A stretch of DNA of 64,000 bases from a virus, in UHGV virus genome UHGV-0293664. The stretch is one strand, 5' to 3'. The translations under genes and the position numbers were made by a program. Position 1 is the stretch's first letter. The number at the start of each line of letters is the position of its first letter. Positions 53,686 to 62,806 of the stretch are shown one piece after another. The notes below the pieces were generated by a model. It was not told the origin of the DNA and ran no database searches. It worked only from the letters and a program-made list of their open reading frames with translations.

Positions 53686-56201
53686 CTGCTCTTCTCCTAC
53701 CATAAACGGCCCTACCTGGCAAGTGGAATAATTGACTAGCCATCAATCCCACACACTGTACAAATATACATGGAAAATAACTATTGCATAATTTTTCATT
53801 GTGTGGTAGCAAGTCCATTTTTACCCGTTTTCTCTCCCAAAATTGCACGTAATGCCGCTATTGCACAAATTTTAACCTGATGCACATCTCCAATATCTTG
53901 TCAACAACTAAAAATCTTTATAAGTCATACACTTACACAGCATCGAAAGCGTGTTCTACGCGAAAAATCGAGTATAACTATAGCCGCCAGATCTCAGAAT
54001 TCACGTACGCACACCATTCTATAGTCCGCTAAGTATTTATTCCAACCACAGAATAACGGAATAGTCAATACCTGTACAAAATAATTATTCGTATAAACTG
54101 CATAACATAAACCTGTCCAGGTGTCAACATTTTTCGTAAACAGTCTGAAATTGTCACGATAGGTTACTATAATCAGAGAAATCTTTAGTCGTCTAATGTT
54201 TACTGCACATAACTATACTGACTGGAATCATTAGATGACTAATAGAAAGATAAGAAATAGTTAACAATGTAATTGTTTTACCTGTAACAATAAGGCAACT
54301 ATGCAAACGAATGTCATGGCGCGACGGAGTCGCGACATAATATAAAAGCAGTAACCATCACCCCCGTGATAGTTTGTCTGCAAACTATTAATCAGATCAT
54401 AGTTGCCTTGTATTTAGTTAATCATGACATAACAAGCAAGGCAACTATAGATCTGCTAATAGTTGCCCTGCTTTTATATTATGTCATATATTATTAACCT
54501 GTTAATTGTCAGCTTGTTGGATGTTAGCTTGTCAATTATTAACTTGCTAATTGTTTTCATGCAAACGAATGTCATGGCTGATTATTTCTATGTAAATGGT
54601 TTGTTCGTAAACAGTTTATTCGGGAACAGTTTATTCGGGAACAGTGAGGCATGCAATAGTAACAATTGTTATTGTATCCAGTGTGTTGAGTATGCCCAGT
54701 GTGTCCAGTATGTCAGACAAGTTTTTCCTCTCTTTGTCAAGTGCCGCATTAAAAATTTACAAACTGGTATGGTAGCATTTTTGCGGCCCTGTTTACATTC
54801 AGCAGTGTATGTATAACCCTTGTTGTGTGGGCGTTTAGACGTCTAGACGGTTGGAAGTCTACAGGTCAATATCTAATCTATTGGCTGCTAACTATATCCC
54901 ACACAAATAGTAAGAAATATGATTGTTATATGCGTAAACTGTAACTCATGTTATCAATCCCTGTATGTATCGCCAGTGGTTCGCATAATGGGTATTATGT
55001 TAAATTGCCAGTAATGATAACGATTCTCACAATGATAGGTATTCTCATTCATCCACACAAAATAGTTTGCAAATGTTGTGCCACTGTGTGAACGGCCTGG
55101 CCTATTAATTTCTCTCACTGCCTCGATATTTGAGAATTGTTATAAGAATGAGAAGTATTCCCATTCCGTCCGCCTGGCAGCGCTCCTGTAGGTCCTGCAA
55201 GGACTCTAGCTGAAAGCTAGACCCTTCGGGCCTCCCTGTAGGTCAGGTCAAAATCGTGGTAGAATTGGGCCTGTTCAGATATTTCTGGCTGACTCTTCAG
55301 GTCTGTGTGGGAAAAGCCAACCTCTCCGGCGGGGCAGGGGGTCATGACGGTAAAATTGCAGGTCAATTAAAAAATTTACGTGGTGTATGAAGCGCTCTTC
55401 AGGTAAGGCAGGTATTATGGGATGAAACCCTCTTCAGGCAATGATATTTGTGGGTGTGATATTTGCTGGAAAGCCAGATATGACGGGACTCCCGGCGGGG
55501 CAGGGGTAGTACAGACAGGGGAAATATGGGGGATGTGGTTGGGGAAATTGATCAGGCAGGAAGAGTATGGAATATGTTACAGATATGTTAAATATGAAGG
55601 TAGGATATTTGTAGGATTTGTGTGTAAAATCAAAGACTTAAGTGGTGTTGTGGTATTTTCTATAAATAATTCAAGTTTAATAGGCAATATTTGTCTCTAT
55701 CCGCTTTGTGTGGTAAACAGATTCAGATGAGATTGGTTTACAGGTGTATACATAATATACAAATTAAAGATACAAGAAACCCCCCTCCCCCTTCGGCTAC
55801 CATTCACCTTTTCCTCTGACTGGTACTTAAACACTTATTCAGACTCTTCAGGTTATCACCCATATATCATATGGCAGTGACTGGTGTCCTCCGGCCCCTC
55901 TTTCGTCACCCGTCCGCTTCGCCATGCTAATGCCATAGCCAAATGTTCGGTTGTTCACCCTGTTCACTCAGGTGTATCTCCATACCCCTTCAAACCGAAG
56001 AGAACAGAAAACCCGAATTACTCGGTAAAAGAAAAGAGAAGAACTTAATTTTATCAGGATAGGCAAGAATGTCAAGGCATGACTGCTCACTAAACAAGCA
56101 AACAGTCATGTGTGGGAGGTAAGTGATTGTGGTGGTAGGAAATTTAGTTGAAAGATGTGTTATAGGTGCTCCAGCACTTTATCCAGGCAGCTAATTGTGT
56201 G
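53686..56201. other. 2.5-kb non-coding, AT-rich, repeat- and palindrome-rich region at convergence of plus and minus transcription
   Basis: No convincing ORF; direct repeats, large inverted repeats and tetraloop hairpins (see findings). Confidence 0.7.
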
Positions 56202-56417
56202 TCAGTCCAGCGGTTCATCCTCTACTTCACTGAAATCAATGTTCATGGTCTCCTCCCAACCATCGATCTCAGCACAAGAGTGGAGTTCTTTAGGGTTTAC
56301 CCCCAAAGCCTCAGCAACAGAGTCTATATTTAACACCTCTGGCAGGTATGATTCATCGAATTCAAGGTAAATCAGGCCACGAGTGTTGTCAGCTCCACCA
56401 AATATCTCTATCTTCAT
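56202..56417 (-). CDS. small acidic protein
   Basis: 71 aa; GAGGAG SD 6 nt upstream. Confidence 0.75.
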   Translation of the reverse strand: MKIEIFGGADNTRGLIYLEFDESYLPEVLNIDSVAEALGVNPKELHSCAEIDGWEETMNIDFSEVEDEPLD

Positions 56418-56538
56418 TGAATCTCCTCTGGAAATGAGAGTGTGAACAGGGTTTCATACGTTACAACACGCTGGAATTATGCACGTTTGCCTCTTCAGGC
56501 CATGCTCTAGCATGAGGAACCTGTGTGGGCTCGGTGCT

Positions 56539-56943
56539 TCATAGTCTACCACCTCTGAACTCTTCGTGCTCAGGCATAATAGAGAACCAGATATCTACGA
56601 TGTCTCCCCACGTCAAGTCATCAGCCTCAGGATCTACCTGGAGCGAAGATGGAGAATCTTCAGAATCGAAGTTTTCCCCTTTCACTGGCTCAGCCAGGCT
56701 ACATATGGTCGTCACTCCTTCAGATGCATGTATGTTGATCATGTTCCACCCGTGAGTATTCCGGCAACAGCCGCTATGGACGTAATGATCATCAGGATCA
56801 CCACTAAAACCTCGGATAATGTTCTCATTGTGTATTCCATATTCTCCAAACGATGTGTGGATACTATCACGAGAGCGGTAATGTGTCAACAGAAACGCCG
56901 CGAGGGTTTGGTTAAAATCCGAGCGTATGGTGATTTTGGTCAA
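56539..56943 (-). CDS. possible acidic protein (start uncertain)
   Basis: 134-aa ORF with TTG at track start; lies downstream of a minus-strand terminator; competing plus-strand ORF looks low-complexity. Confidence 0.35.
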   Translation of the reverse strand: MTKITIRSDFNQTLAAFLLTHYRSRDSIHTSFGEYGIHNENIIRGFSGDPDDHYVHSGCCRNTHGWNMINIHASEGVTTICSLAEPVKGENFDSEDSPSSLQVDPEADDLTWGDIVDIWFSIMPEHEEFRGGRL

Positions 56944-57049
56944 AACGGACGTGCGTTCTCGCTACGCTCGAAATAGAGAGTTGCTTGTAAGCCGCCCTTA
57001 AACGCTCTGTAATGAGATTAACTGCTTAAGGTATGGAATCGTTCACCGG

Positions 57050-57078
57050 ATAAAGAAAAGGACGCCACAGAGCGTCCT
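57050..57078 (-). terminator. intrinsic terminator (minus strand)
   Basis: On minus strand AGGACGC-TCTGTG-GCGTCCT then TTTTCTTTA. Confidence 0.7.
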
Positions 57079-57102
57079 ATGTGCCTTAAATTTGATACTT
57101 TG

Positions 57103-57402
57103 CTATACCCATGAAGGCTTGTCTAGGTTTGAGTAACTAAAAGGTGTCAAAAGGTGACTGTCAAAATCTTTCAAACTATCCAGATCTTTTTCCTCGTCTT
57201 GACACCATCTGTGCCTACATTTATTGTTGTAGTGCATGGAGTGCATAGCGTTCTGCAACTTAACAGGTACAAGGGATTCAGGAGTAGATAGTATTGTTGG
57301 GTATGCCAGAACCACCTCAAACAATGGAAACACATCGAAACTGAAGTTTATTTCTGCTGAGGTTGCTGGCATATAGGAGTATTTAGCTGTCGTTGTAGAC
57401 AT
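57103..57402 (-). CDS. hypothetical protein
   Basis: ATG at 57402 after GAGGTGG; track start 57414 is GTG. Confidence 0.65.
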   Translation of the reverse strand: MSTTTAKYSYMPATSAEINFSFDVFPLFEVVLAYPTILSTPESLVPVKLQNAMHSMHYNNKCRHRWCQDEEKDLDSLKDFDSHLLTPFSYSNLDKPSWV

Positions 57403-57410
57403 AATCCACC

Positions 57411-57794
57411 TCACACAGGCTTGATAATACCTTCACCGAATAACTCTTCATATTTAATCTTATCAGGATCCCACTCTTGGATAATTTCGAAGACAATGTC
57501 CAGCCCAGGGATAATCACTTCTCCAGTATCAAGTCTGGCAAGAACAAAACCGGAAGGTTGAATGGTTTCCCAGTTGCGACGATTAGAATAGAGAACTTCG
57601 AAAATATCGCCAACCGCAATCTGCTGATCAAGATGTTCAAGATTTTCTTTCATATAGACGCAGCGGATTTTTCGTGCAGGCCATAGACCGCCTGCATCAC
57701 GTTCATTTAGCTCTTTTACAGTAATCGGTATACCCATCTCAAAATCTCCTTCATAGATAGTAAAAAGAGGGGCCCAAGCCCCTCTCTTTGTCAT
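57411..57794 (-). CDS. hypothetical protein
   Basis: 127-aa ORF with ATG overlapping upstream stop; alternative internal ATG 57737 has AAGGAG SD. Confidence 0.7.
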   Translation of the reverse strand: MTKRGAWAPLFTIYEGDFEMGIPITVKELNERDAGGLWPARKIRCVYMKENLEHLDQQIAVGDIFEVLYSNRRNWETIQPSGFVLARLDTGEVIIPGLDIVFEIIQEWDPDKIKYEELFGEGIIKPV

Positions 57795-58099
57795 TATTCT
57801 ACAGAGCGTTTGAACAGAATGTCTGCTTCAGACATGTGCTCAACCTCTTCTTCGATTTTAGCTCGACGTTTTTCAGCTTCGTAGCGGATATCGAATTCGG
57901 TAGCCACCAATGACTTGATAAACTTAGGAGAATACAGGTGATCCTGTTTCTCGACAAGAATAATATCCTTGATAGCGTCTTTCAGATCTTTAATCTGAAG
58001 CTGAAGTTCCACCAGCTCTTCAATTGTTTTACGGAGGCGATCACGCTCTGCAGTGTCAGAAGGCAGAGAGGTGAACAGTTCAACTTTAGATTTAGCCAT
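57794..58099 (-). CDS. coiled-coil protein
   Basis: 101 aa; AAGGAG SD; Glu/Lys-rich heptads. Confidence 0.75.
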   Translation of the reverse strand: MAKSKVELFTSLPSDTAERDRLRKTIEELVELQLQIKDLKDAIKDIILVEKQDHLYSPKFIKSLVATEFDIRYEAEKRRAKIEEEVEHMSEADILFKRSVE

Positions 58100-58127
58100 A
58101 GTAAGAGTCTCCTTATATTGTTTTAAA

Positions 58128-58379
58128 TTAACGTTCTACAAAAATACCGTTCAGTTCGATAACCAGGAATTTCTGGTCTTCACTATCGTCACGTGCCAGC
58201 ACCTCACAGACGTAACGGTCATCTCCGTCATCATCGCAGTCAAATACAAGGCTGAGGACTTTATCATGATAAACCTTCGCCACTACCGCCTCGTAAGTGT
58301 TGCCGATTGTGAATCCAAGATAGTCCCCGATGCATTTGACAACAACATGGTCGCCAGCATTTAAGTCAATCTTCGTCAT
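58128..58379 (-). CDS. small acidic protein
   Basis: ATG 58379 after AAGGAG; track start 58445 lacks SD. Confidence 0.7.
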   Translation of the reverse strand: MTKIDLNAGDHVVVKCIGDYLGFTIGNTYEAVVAKVYHDKVLSLVFDCDDDGDDRYVCEVLARDDSEDQKFLVIELNGIFVER

Positions 58380-58534
58380 TACTGTGCTCCTTGGGTGATA
58401 ATATGGTATGTAAAACTTTAACCAGAGATGTGAATAACGCCCCAAAACACACAGATAGCGCTAAAACGGATAAGGCCATCATTAAAGCTTCAGTAAAATC
58501 AGTCATTCCTCACCTCTTGTTAGTAACTATACTA

Positions 58535-58798
58535 TCATTTGTCTTTGCCGTCAAGAACTTTTTTAAATCTCTCAGGAATATCTCCTGTTCTTAGATAGTT
58601 CATGACCTCACAAGGTTCCCACTTAAACTTCTTACACAGCAGGGCGGCTGAGATTGTCTCATTGCGAAAAGAAAGGATATTAATATCCCACTCTGAGAAC
58701 CCTAATTTCCGAAGAGTGGCTATAGAAATCCTCACAGCAACCCAACAAGAGAGGCACGCAACAAACGCTACTGCTACAACCCACACCAAGATGTTCAT
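58535..58798 (-). CDS. membrane protein
   Basis: 87 aa; hydrophobic N-terminus; AAGGGGG SD. Confidence 0.7.
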   Translation of the reverse strand: MNILVWVVAVAFVACLSCWVAVRISIATLRKLGFSEWDINILSFRNETISAALLCKKFKWEPCEVMNYLRTGDIPERFKKVLDGKDK

Positions 58799-58887
58799 AC
58801 AGCCCCCTTAATGAAATACAAGACATAGTGCCAAGGTCACTATCCAGCAAATAATTAACAGTGCCGTTGCAACCTTGGCAAGATTTA

Positions 58888-59175
58888 TCATAGCGTCTCT
58901 AAAATTTCATACCCTTCGGGTCGGAAAACAAGCCACTCAGGTGCTCCATTTGGTCGATACGCTTTATACAGAACAACCTGATCTCGGCACATACACATTG
59001 CTACATAGTTTTCATCCACACCTGCAGCCTGCATTGCATCTTCTTCTCCGGCAACCGCTTTGCTTACAACTTCCTTGGTAGGCAGGTGGGCGATCAGTTC
59101 GTCACCATCGTTAATTCCAAAATGGCTGAGTTCTCCATTGGTGTCTTTAATCTTGATCTTAACCAAATCTTTCAT
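58888..59175 (-). CDS. small acidic protein
   Basis: 95 aa; start overlaps upstream stop. Confidence 0.75.
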   Translation of the reverse strand: MKDLVKIKIKDTNGELSHFGINDGDELIAHLPTKEVVSKAVAGEEDAMQAAGVDENYVAMCMCRDQVVLYKAYRPNGAPEWLVFRPEGYEILETL

Positions 59176-59504
59176 TAGTCTTCCCCCAAGTTCAAAGGCC
59201 CTAAGATCTCATATGCCAGATTAGAGGTTACCAGGGGATCTTCTGCATCTTTAGTATTATACCACCCGTGAATAACCAGAGTCCCACTTTGCTTCATGTC
59301 TAACTGGAACTGTTCTGCCGTTTCCTCATCCATCTCCAAGATCTCCATGAGGTATTTGATGTTAGGAAGGTATGCAGCTGTTACAGTCCCCTCTACCAGG
59401 CCTTCAGGCCAACCTACATCCGGATGACAAGTAGGGACCAGAGAGGTCAGCTTGATAGTGTATGCTTTTTCTGCACGAGCCTTCAGTAACGGATCAATTT
59501 TCAT
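59175..59504 (-). CDS. small acidic protein
   Basis: 109 aa; translationally coupled. Confidence 0.75.
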   Translation of the reverse strand: MKIDPLLKARAEKAYTIKLTSLVPTCHPDVGWPEGLVEGTVTAAYLPNIKYLMEILEMDEETAEQFQLDMKQSGTLVIHGWYNTKDAEDPLVTSNLAYEILGPLNLGED

Positions 59505-59854
59505 TATTCTTCCTCCTCTGCGGTGCCTGCTTCCAGTAGTAAGTTAAGAACATCTTCAGCAGAAGGTTCGTAGAACTCTTGGCCTTCGTTGTCGATGACA
59601 CGATAGTCATCACCACGAATAATCAGAGGATCGTTATCAAAACCTTCAAGACCTTTAACAACGACAACACGGTCGATTGCCATCATTGTAAGAACTTTAT
59701 CAACACCTTCCTCTGCCACACCATACTGCAGCAGAATGTCTTTGGTAGGAGGAACAGCATCAACCACAACACCGTTACCAAAACCTTCCGGAAGTTTAGC
59801 TAAAATATCTTCCGGAACCGCATTCATATCAAAACCTGTGATCTCTACTTTCAT
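59504..59854 (-). CDS. small acidic protein (related to family B)
   Basis: 116 aa; poly-Glu C-terminus; MKVEITG...PEGFGNG. Confidence 0.75.
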   Translation of the reverse strand: MKVEITGFDMNAVPEDILAKLPEGFGNGVVVDAVPPTKDILLQYGVAEEGVDKVLTMMAIDRVVVVKGLEGFDNDPLIIRGDDYRVIDNEGQEFYEPSAEDVLNLLLEAGTAEEEE

Positions 59855-60115
59855 TTACAGCACCTCTTCGTCAACTACTTCATAAAAATGGCTCGGGATT
59901 GCAATAGCGTTCTCACCTTCACCTACAAACACAGTCCCGTCAAGGATCAACATCATAAGAATGTCTGTAATATCCTCCTCCGGAACGTTGCCAAAACCTT
60001 TAATCAACTTACATGTCGGGACATTCGCCTCTAGGATGTCTCCATCTTTAGAACGGAAATCAACACCTTCCTGAATCTCTGCCGTTTCAAGGTTTTTCAA
60101 TTTAATCTTCATCAA
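59855..60115 (-). CDS. small acidic protein, family B
   Basis: 86 aa; AGGAG SD; MKIKL...FVGEGENAIAIPSHFYEVVDEE paralogous to 61280-61549. Confidence 0.75.
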   Translation of the reverse strand: MMKIKLKNLETAEIQEGVDFRSKDGDILEANVPTCKLIKGFGNVPEEDITDILMMLILDGTVFVGEGENAIAIPSHFYEVVDEEVL

Positions 60116-60191
60116 TCGGTCTCCTATCTTGTTAAGATGAAGGTATTATTGCACACAGGGTTGGTGTTGTCAACACCTGTGTGGCATAAAA

Positions 60192-60587
60192 TTACTGAAA
60201 CAGTGCAGATAAATTACCTTCTGGTGGGAACTTATCTGCCAGGAATGGGGTTAGAACAGTGGCCTTCTGAAGATCAGGGGTCCACTCATTGTTCAGAACA
60301 TCCCAGTAGTACGCAATGTTGCTGTGTGGGTGCCGCATTACGAACTTTTTCCCTTCGTAGTCGGTTGAAACCTCTACAGAAGAAATAACAACAGAATCTT
60401 CGAGGGTTTCTTCATAGAAAGATCCGCCCTCAAATTTCCAACGAGATGCAAGAGCTCCTGCCTTGAACGCTGCAGATAACGGACTATCTGCAAGAACATA
60501 CATTTCTTGCACTCTATCACTGCGATCTTTGCTTCTTACGTTGTATACAGTATCCGAGCTATACTCAACACGGTATAGACTTACCAT
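60192..60587 (-). CDS. hypothetical protein, family C
   Basis: 131 aa; RHPHSNIAYYWD...WTPD paralogous to 62396-62794. Confidence 0.75.
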   Translation of the reverse strand: MVSLYRVEYSSDTVYNVRSKDRSDRVQEMYVLADSPLSAAFKAGALASRWKFEGGSFYEETLEDSVVISSVEVSTDYEGKKFVMRHPHSNIAYYWDVLNNEWTPDLQKATVLTPFLADKFPPEGNLSALFQ

Positions 60588-60919
60588 TACCGAACCTCCT
60601 CAATAACTTCCACATCTGAACCCACCACAAATGCAAAAGGACAGGTTTCATGAAAGATATCCGGATCTCCACCAAGCTTGCTAACTATCTCTCCACCACT
60701 AATAAACACAAGCTCACCAATATTCATCAGATTGCTAAAATAGTAGCCATAATGATTGAAGAATGCAGCTGGGTCAGGCAGACTGGTGGCCTCAAGCTCT
60801 ACATTGCTTGAGATCACTTTCTTATCATACCCTCTCGCCTTTTGAGATGCAAGATCTGCAGAGTCTTCAGGAGACCGGAGATGCACAGGAATTGTTTCAC
60901 CAATAAAGCGTACTTTCAT
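60587..60919 (-). CDS. small protein, family A
   Basis: ATG 60919 gives MKVRFIG... matching family A N-termini; track start 60946 overlaps upstream gene. Confidence 0.7.
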   Translation of the reverse strand: MKVRFIGETIPVHLRSPEDSADLASQKARGYDKKVISSNVELEATSLPDPAAFFNHYGYYFSNLMNIGELVFISGGEIVSKLGGDPDIFHETCPFAFVVGSDVEVIEEVR

Positions 60920-60923
60920 ATTC

Positions 60924-61187
60924 TTACCCCACAACCATAGCTTCAAAAGGTGTCATAAACGAATAAACAGCATCATCATCTGCTTCAGGGAATGCCCCCA
61001 AAGACTTTATGTCTGATCCCTTGACAAATACAAGGTTTTGATCAAAAGCTTCTTGTGGATCAATCCGATACATATCTCGTAGGATACCACTTACCTCCTC
61101 ATCAAGAGGCGAGTATGCTGTGCACGTTTTTCCAATCAAGCTTTGAGAATCAGGGTATCCACCTGAAGTTTTAAAATAAACAATCAT
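60924..61187 (-). CDS. small protein, family A
   Basis: 87 aa; KGSDIKSLGAFPEADDDAVYSF resembles GSDLIAAGAPE...YYAF. Confidence 0.75.
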   Translation of the reverse strand: MIVYFKTSGGYPDSQSLIGKTCTAYSPLDEEVSGILRDMYRIDPQEAFDQNLVFVKGSDIKSLGAFPEADDDAVYSFMTPFEAMVVG

Positions 61188-61279
61188 ATAGTATCACCTC
61201 TGGTAAGAGATGGGGATTCCTTTCCCACAAATAATTATAAACCTTTCTTGTCGAGGAAAGTATTCCAACCCAAGCAGGA

Positions 61280-61549
61280 TTACTCTTCTACAACCTCATA
61301 CACATCCGGAGTTACAATCAACTCCTCTCCATTACCTGGAGCAACAAACACTACCAAACCTTCCGGTGTGTGCTTTTTAGCCATCTCTATGACATCTTCT
61401 CGCAGAGCCGGCTCCATCAGATCAAAACCTTCACCCAGGGCATCACGAACCACCTTCATGTAGTCAACTGGTTGTGCTTCAACGATCATGCCTTCAACCA
61501 GTCCACAGTTTTTGTCTGCCAGCTCAGTTTGGAATAATTTAATTTTCAT
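61280..61549 (-). CDS. small acidic protein, family B
   Basis: 89 aa; MKIKL...VFVAPGNGEELIVTPDVYEVVEE. Confidence 0.75.
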   Translation of the reverse strand: MKIKLFQTELADKNCGLVEGMIVEAQPVDYMKVVRDALGEGFDLMEPALREDVIEMAKKHTPEGLVVFVAPGNGEELIVTPDVYEVVEE

Positions 61550-61692
61550 TTAGAGGTCTCCTCAATTATTTGATATTAATAGCCGTAACCTAACACATTA
61601 ACTACAACTGCGATTGCAAACATAATTTCAAAGCATGCAATCTCTACATTTGGGACTAATTTTTTAATCATGCCTATTGTAGCACCTTAATC

Positions 61693-62004
61693 TCAAAAGT
61701 CAATCTTTACTTTACCTTTTCCCTTACCTTTCTTTCCACCGCATTTAGCCAACTGGCGTGCTGCAACATCTACCATACGGTCAGTTGCCTCGTAAGCATC
61801 ACTACCTTTAGCTTTGGCGATAACTTCTTTCCCAGAATTGTCAAAAATGAAAGCCATAACTTCCTGGTGATCATTTTCAACTTTTACACTCACACGTGCA
61901 TAGTTGGCAGAGGGGTGCAAACGCTCCAGCTTGGACATTTTGTTGGAAATGAAAGACACCATACCTTCAGTGATCTCCACGTTGCCAGTAATTTCAATTT
62001 GCAT
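61693..62004 (-). CDS. hpf: ribosome hibernation promoting factor / RaiA (YfiA) family protein
   Basis: 103 aa; MQIEITGNVEITEGM...KLERLHP...VSVKVEND...KAKGSDAYEATDRMVDVAARQLAK aligns end to end with bacterial HPF pattern; extra Lys/Gly-rich tail. Confidence 0.8.
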   Translation of the reverse strand: MQIEITGNVEITEGMVSFISNKMSKLERLHPSANYARVSVKVENDHQEVMAFIFDNSGKEVIAKAKGSDAYEATDRMVDVAARQLAKCGGKKGKGKGKVKIDF

Positions 62005-62087
62005 AATGTGTTCCTTTTAAAGAAGAGGGAACCAAACCCTCTTTGAAAACAATGATACTAAATCTGAAGCGTTGTGTCAACAGTTTT

Positions 62088-62378
62088 TTACAGCTTGTTG
62101 TCAATAGTATCTAAAATATCTACAGCAAGATCTGCCATTTTTCGAACATACTCTGCAAACTCAACAGGATCCTTGATCAAAGAATTCACAGGGTCGTACC
62201 CTAGAGCGTTCAAAATGGCTGCAGCATCTACAACCTTCTCATCATTTGCGAAGATCTCTCCGTCAAACTTGTAGGTCCATTTTGAGTCAATCTTGGCAGG
62301 GAAGGATTGGTCAATGCTTATTGCACCATCGTCTTTAAACTCTCCTGTGTTATCAATATTCAGAACTAAATCCATCAT
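62088..62378 (-). CDS. small acidic protein
   Basis: 96-aa ORF in operon. Confidence 0.75.
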   Translation of the reverse strand: MMDLVLNIDNTGEFKDDGAISIDQSFPAKIDSKWTYKFDGEIFANDEKVVDAAAILNALGYDPVNSLIKDPVEFAEYVRKMADLAVDILDTIDNKL

Positions 62379-62395
62379 AGTGGCACCTCACTGTT

Positions 62396-62794
62396 TCAGT
62401 TTAGCTTTTCTTCAACAACCCCATAGCTCGGGGCAGAGTCAAGAGCTTTTTGGTTTAAAAGTGGTGTAGCAGAATCTGCAAACGGTGTCCAAGTTTTTGT
62501 TCTGGCATTCCAATAATGTTTCACTCTGGAATCTGGATGCACTATAACAAAAACTTTTTCACTTGTCAACACATTAATTTCTTCCACACCCCTGCTGATA
62601 ATTTCTCCGTCATAGCCACCAGTCTGGTATCCTTCGTACCAGGTTCTTGCATAGGCATAGCCAGCCTGCCAGCATGCAGCCTCTTCAGAGGTGGAGACTA
62701 CGTAGAAGTCTTTCTCAAATTCTGGGATACGCCCTTGCTTTACGCTCCAAGCTCCGCGAATTTTCATTGTAACTTTGAACAGTTTATTTTTCAC
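62396..62794 (-). CDS. hypothetical protein, family C
   Basis: 132 aa; VHPDSRVKHYWNARTKTWTPF. Confidence 0.75.
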   Translation of the reverse strand: MKNKLFKVTMKIRGAWSVKQGRIPEFEKDFYVVSTSEEAACWQAGYAYARTWYEGYQTGGYDGEIISRGVEEINVLTSEKVFVIVHPDSRVKHYWNARTKTWTPFADSATPLLNQKALDSAPSYGVVEEKLN

Positions 62795-62806
62795 AACAGT
62801 TCCCCA

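Noticed and set aside
54463-54816. 117-aa ORF in the long non-coding region
   Set aside because: Starts with non-ATG codon, runs through palindromes and tandem repeats; an 86-aa version from ATG 54559 remains possible but has no ribosome binding site
55422-55730. 102-aa Cys-rich ORF
   Set aside because: Weak ribosome binding site and overlaps direct repeats; kept only as a possibility under the repeat finding
53686-56201. CRISPR array
   Set aside because: Repeats are irregular in length and spacing, with no uniform repeat-spacer periodicity and no cas genes
56566-56976. 136-aa plus-strand ORF
   Set aside because: GTG start, Arg-rich low-complexity product, opposite to the neighbouring minus-strand block; the overlapping minus-strand ORF is listed at low confidence instead
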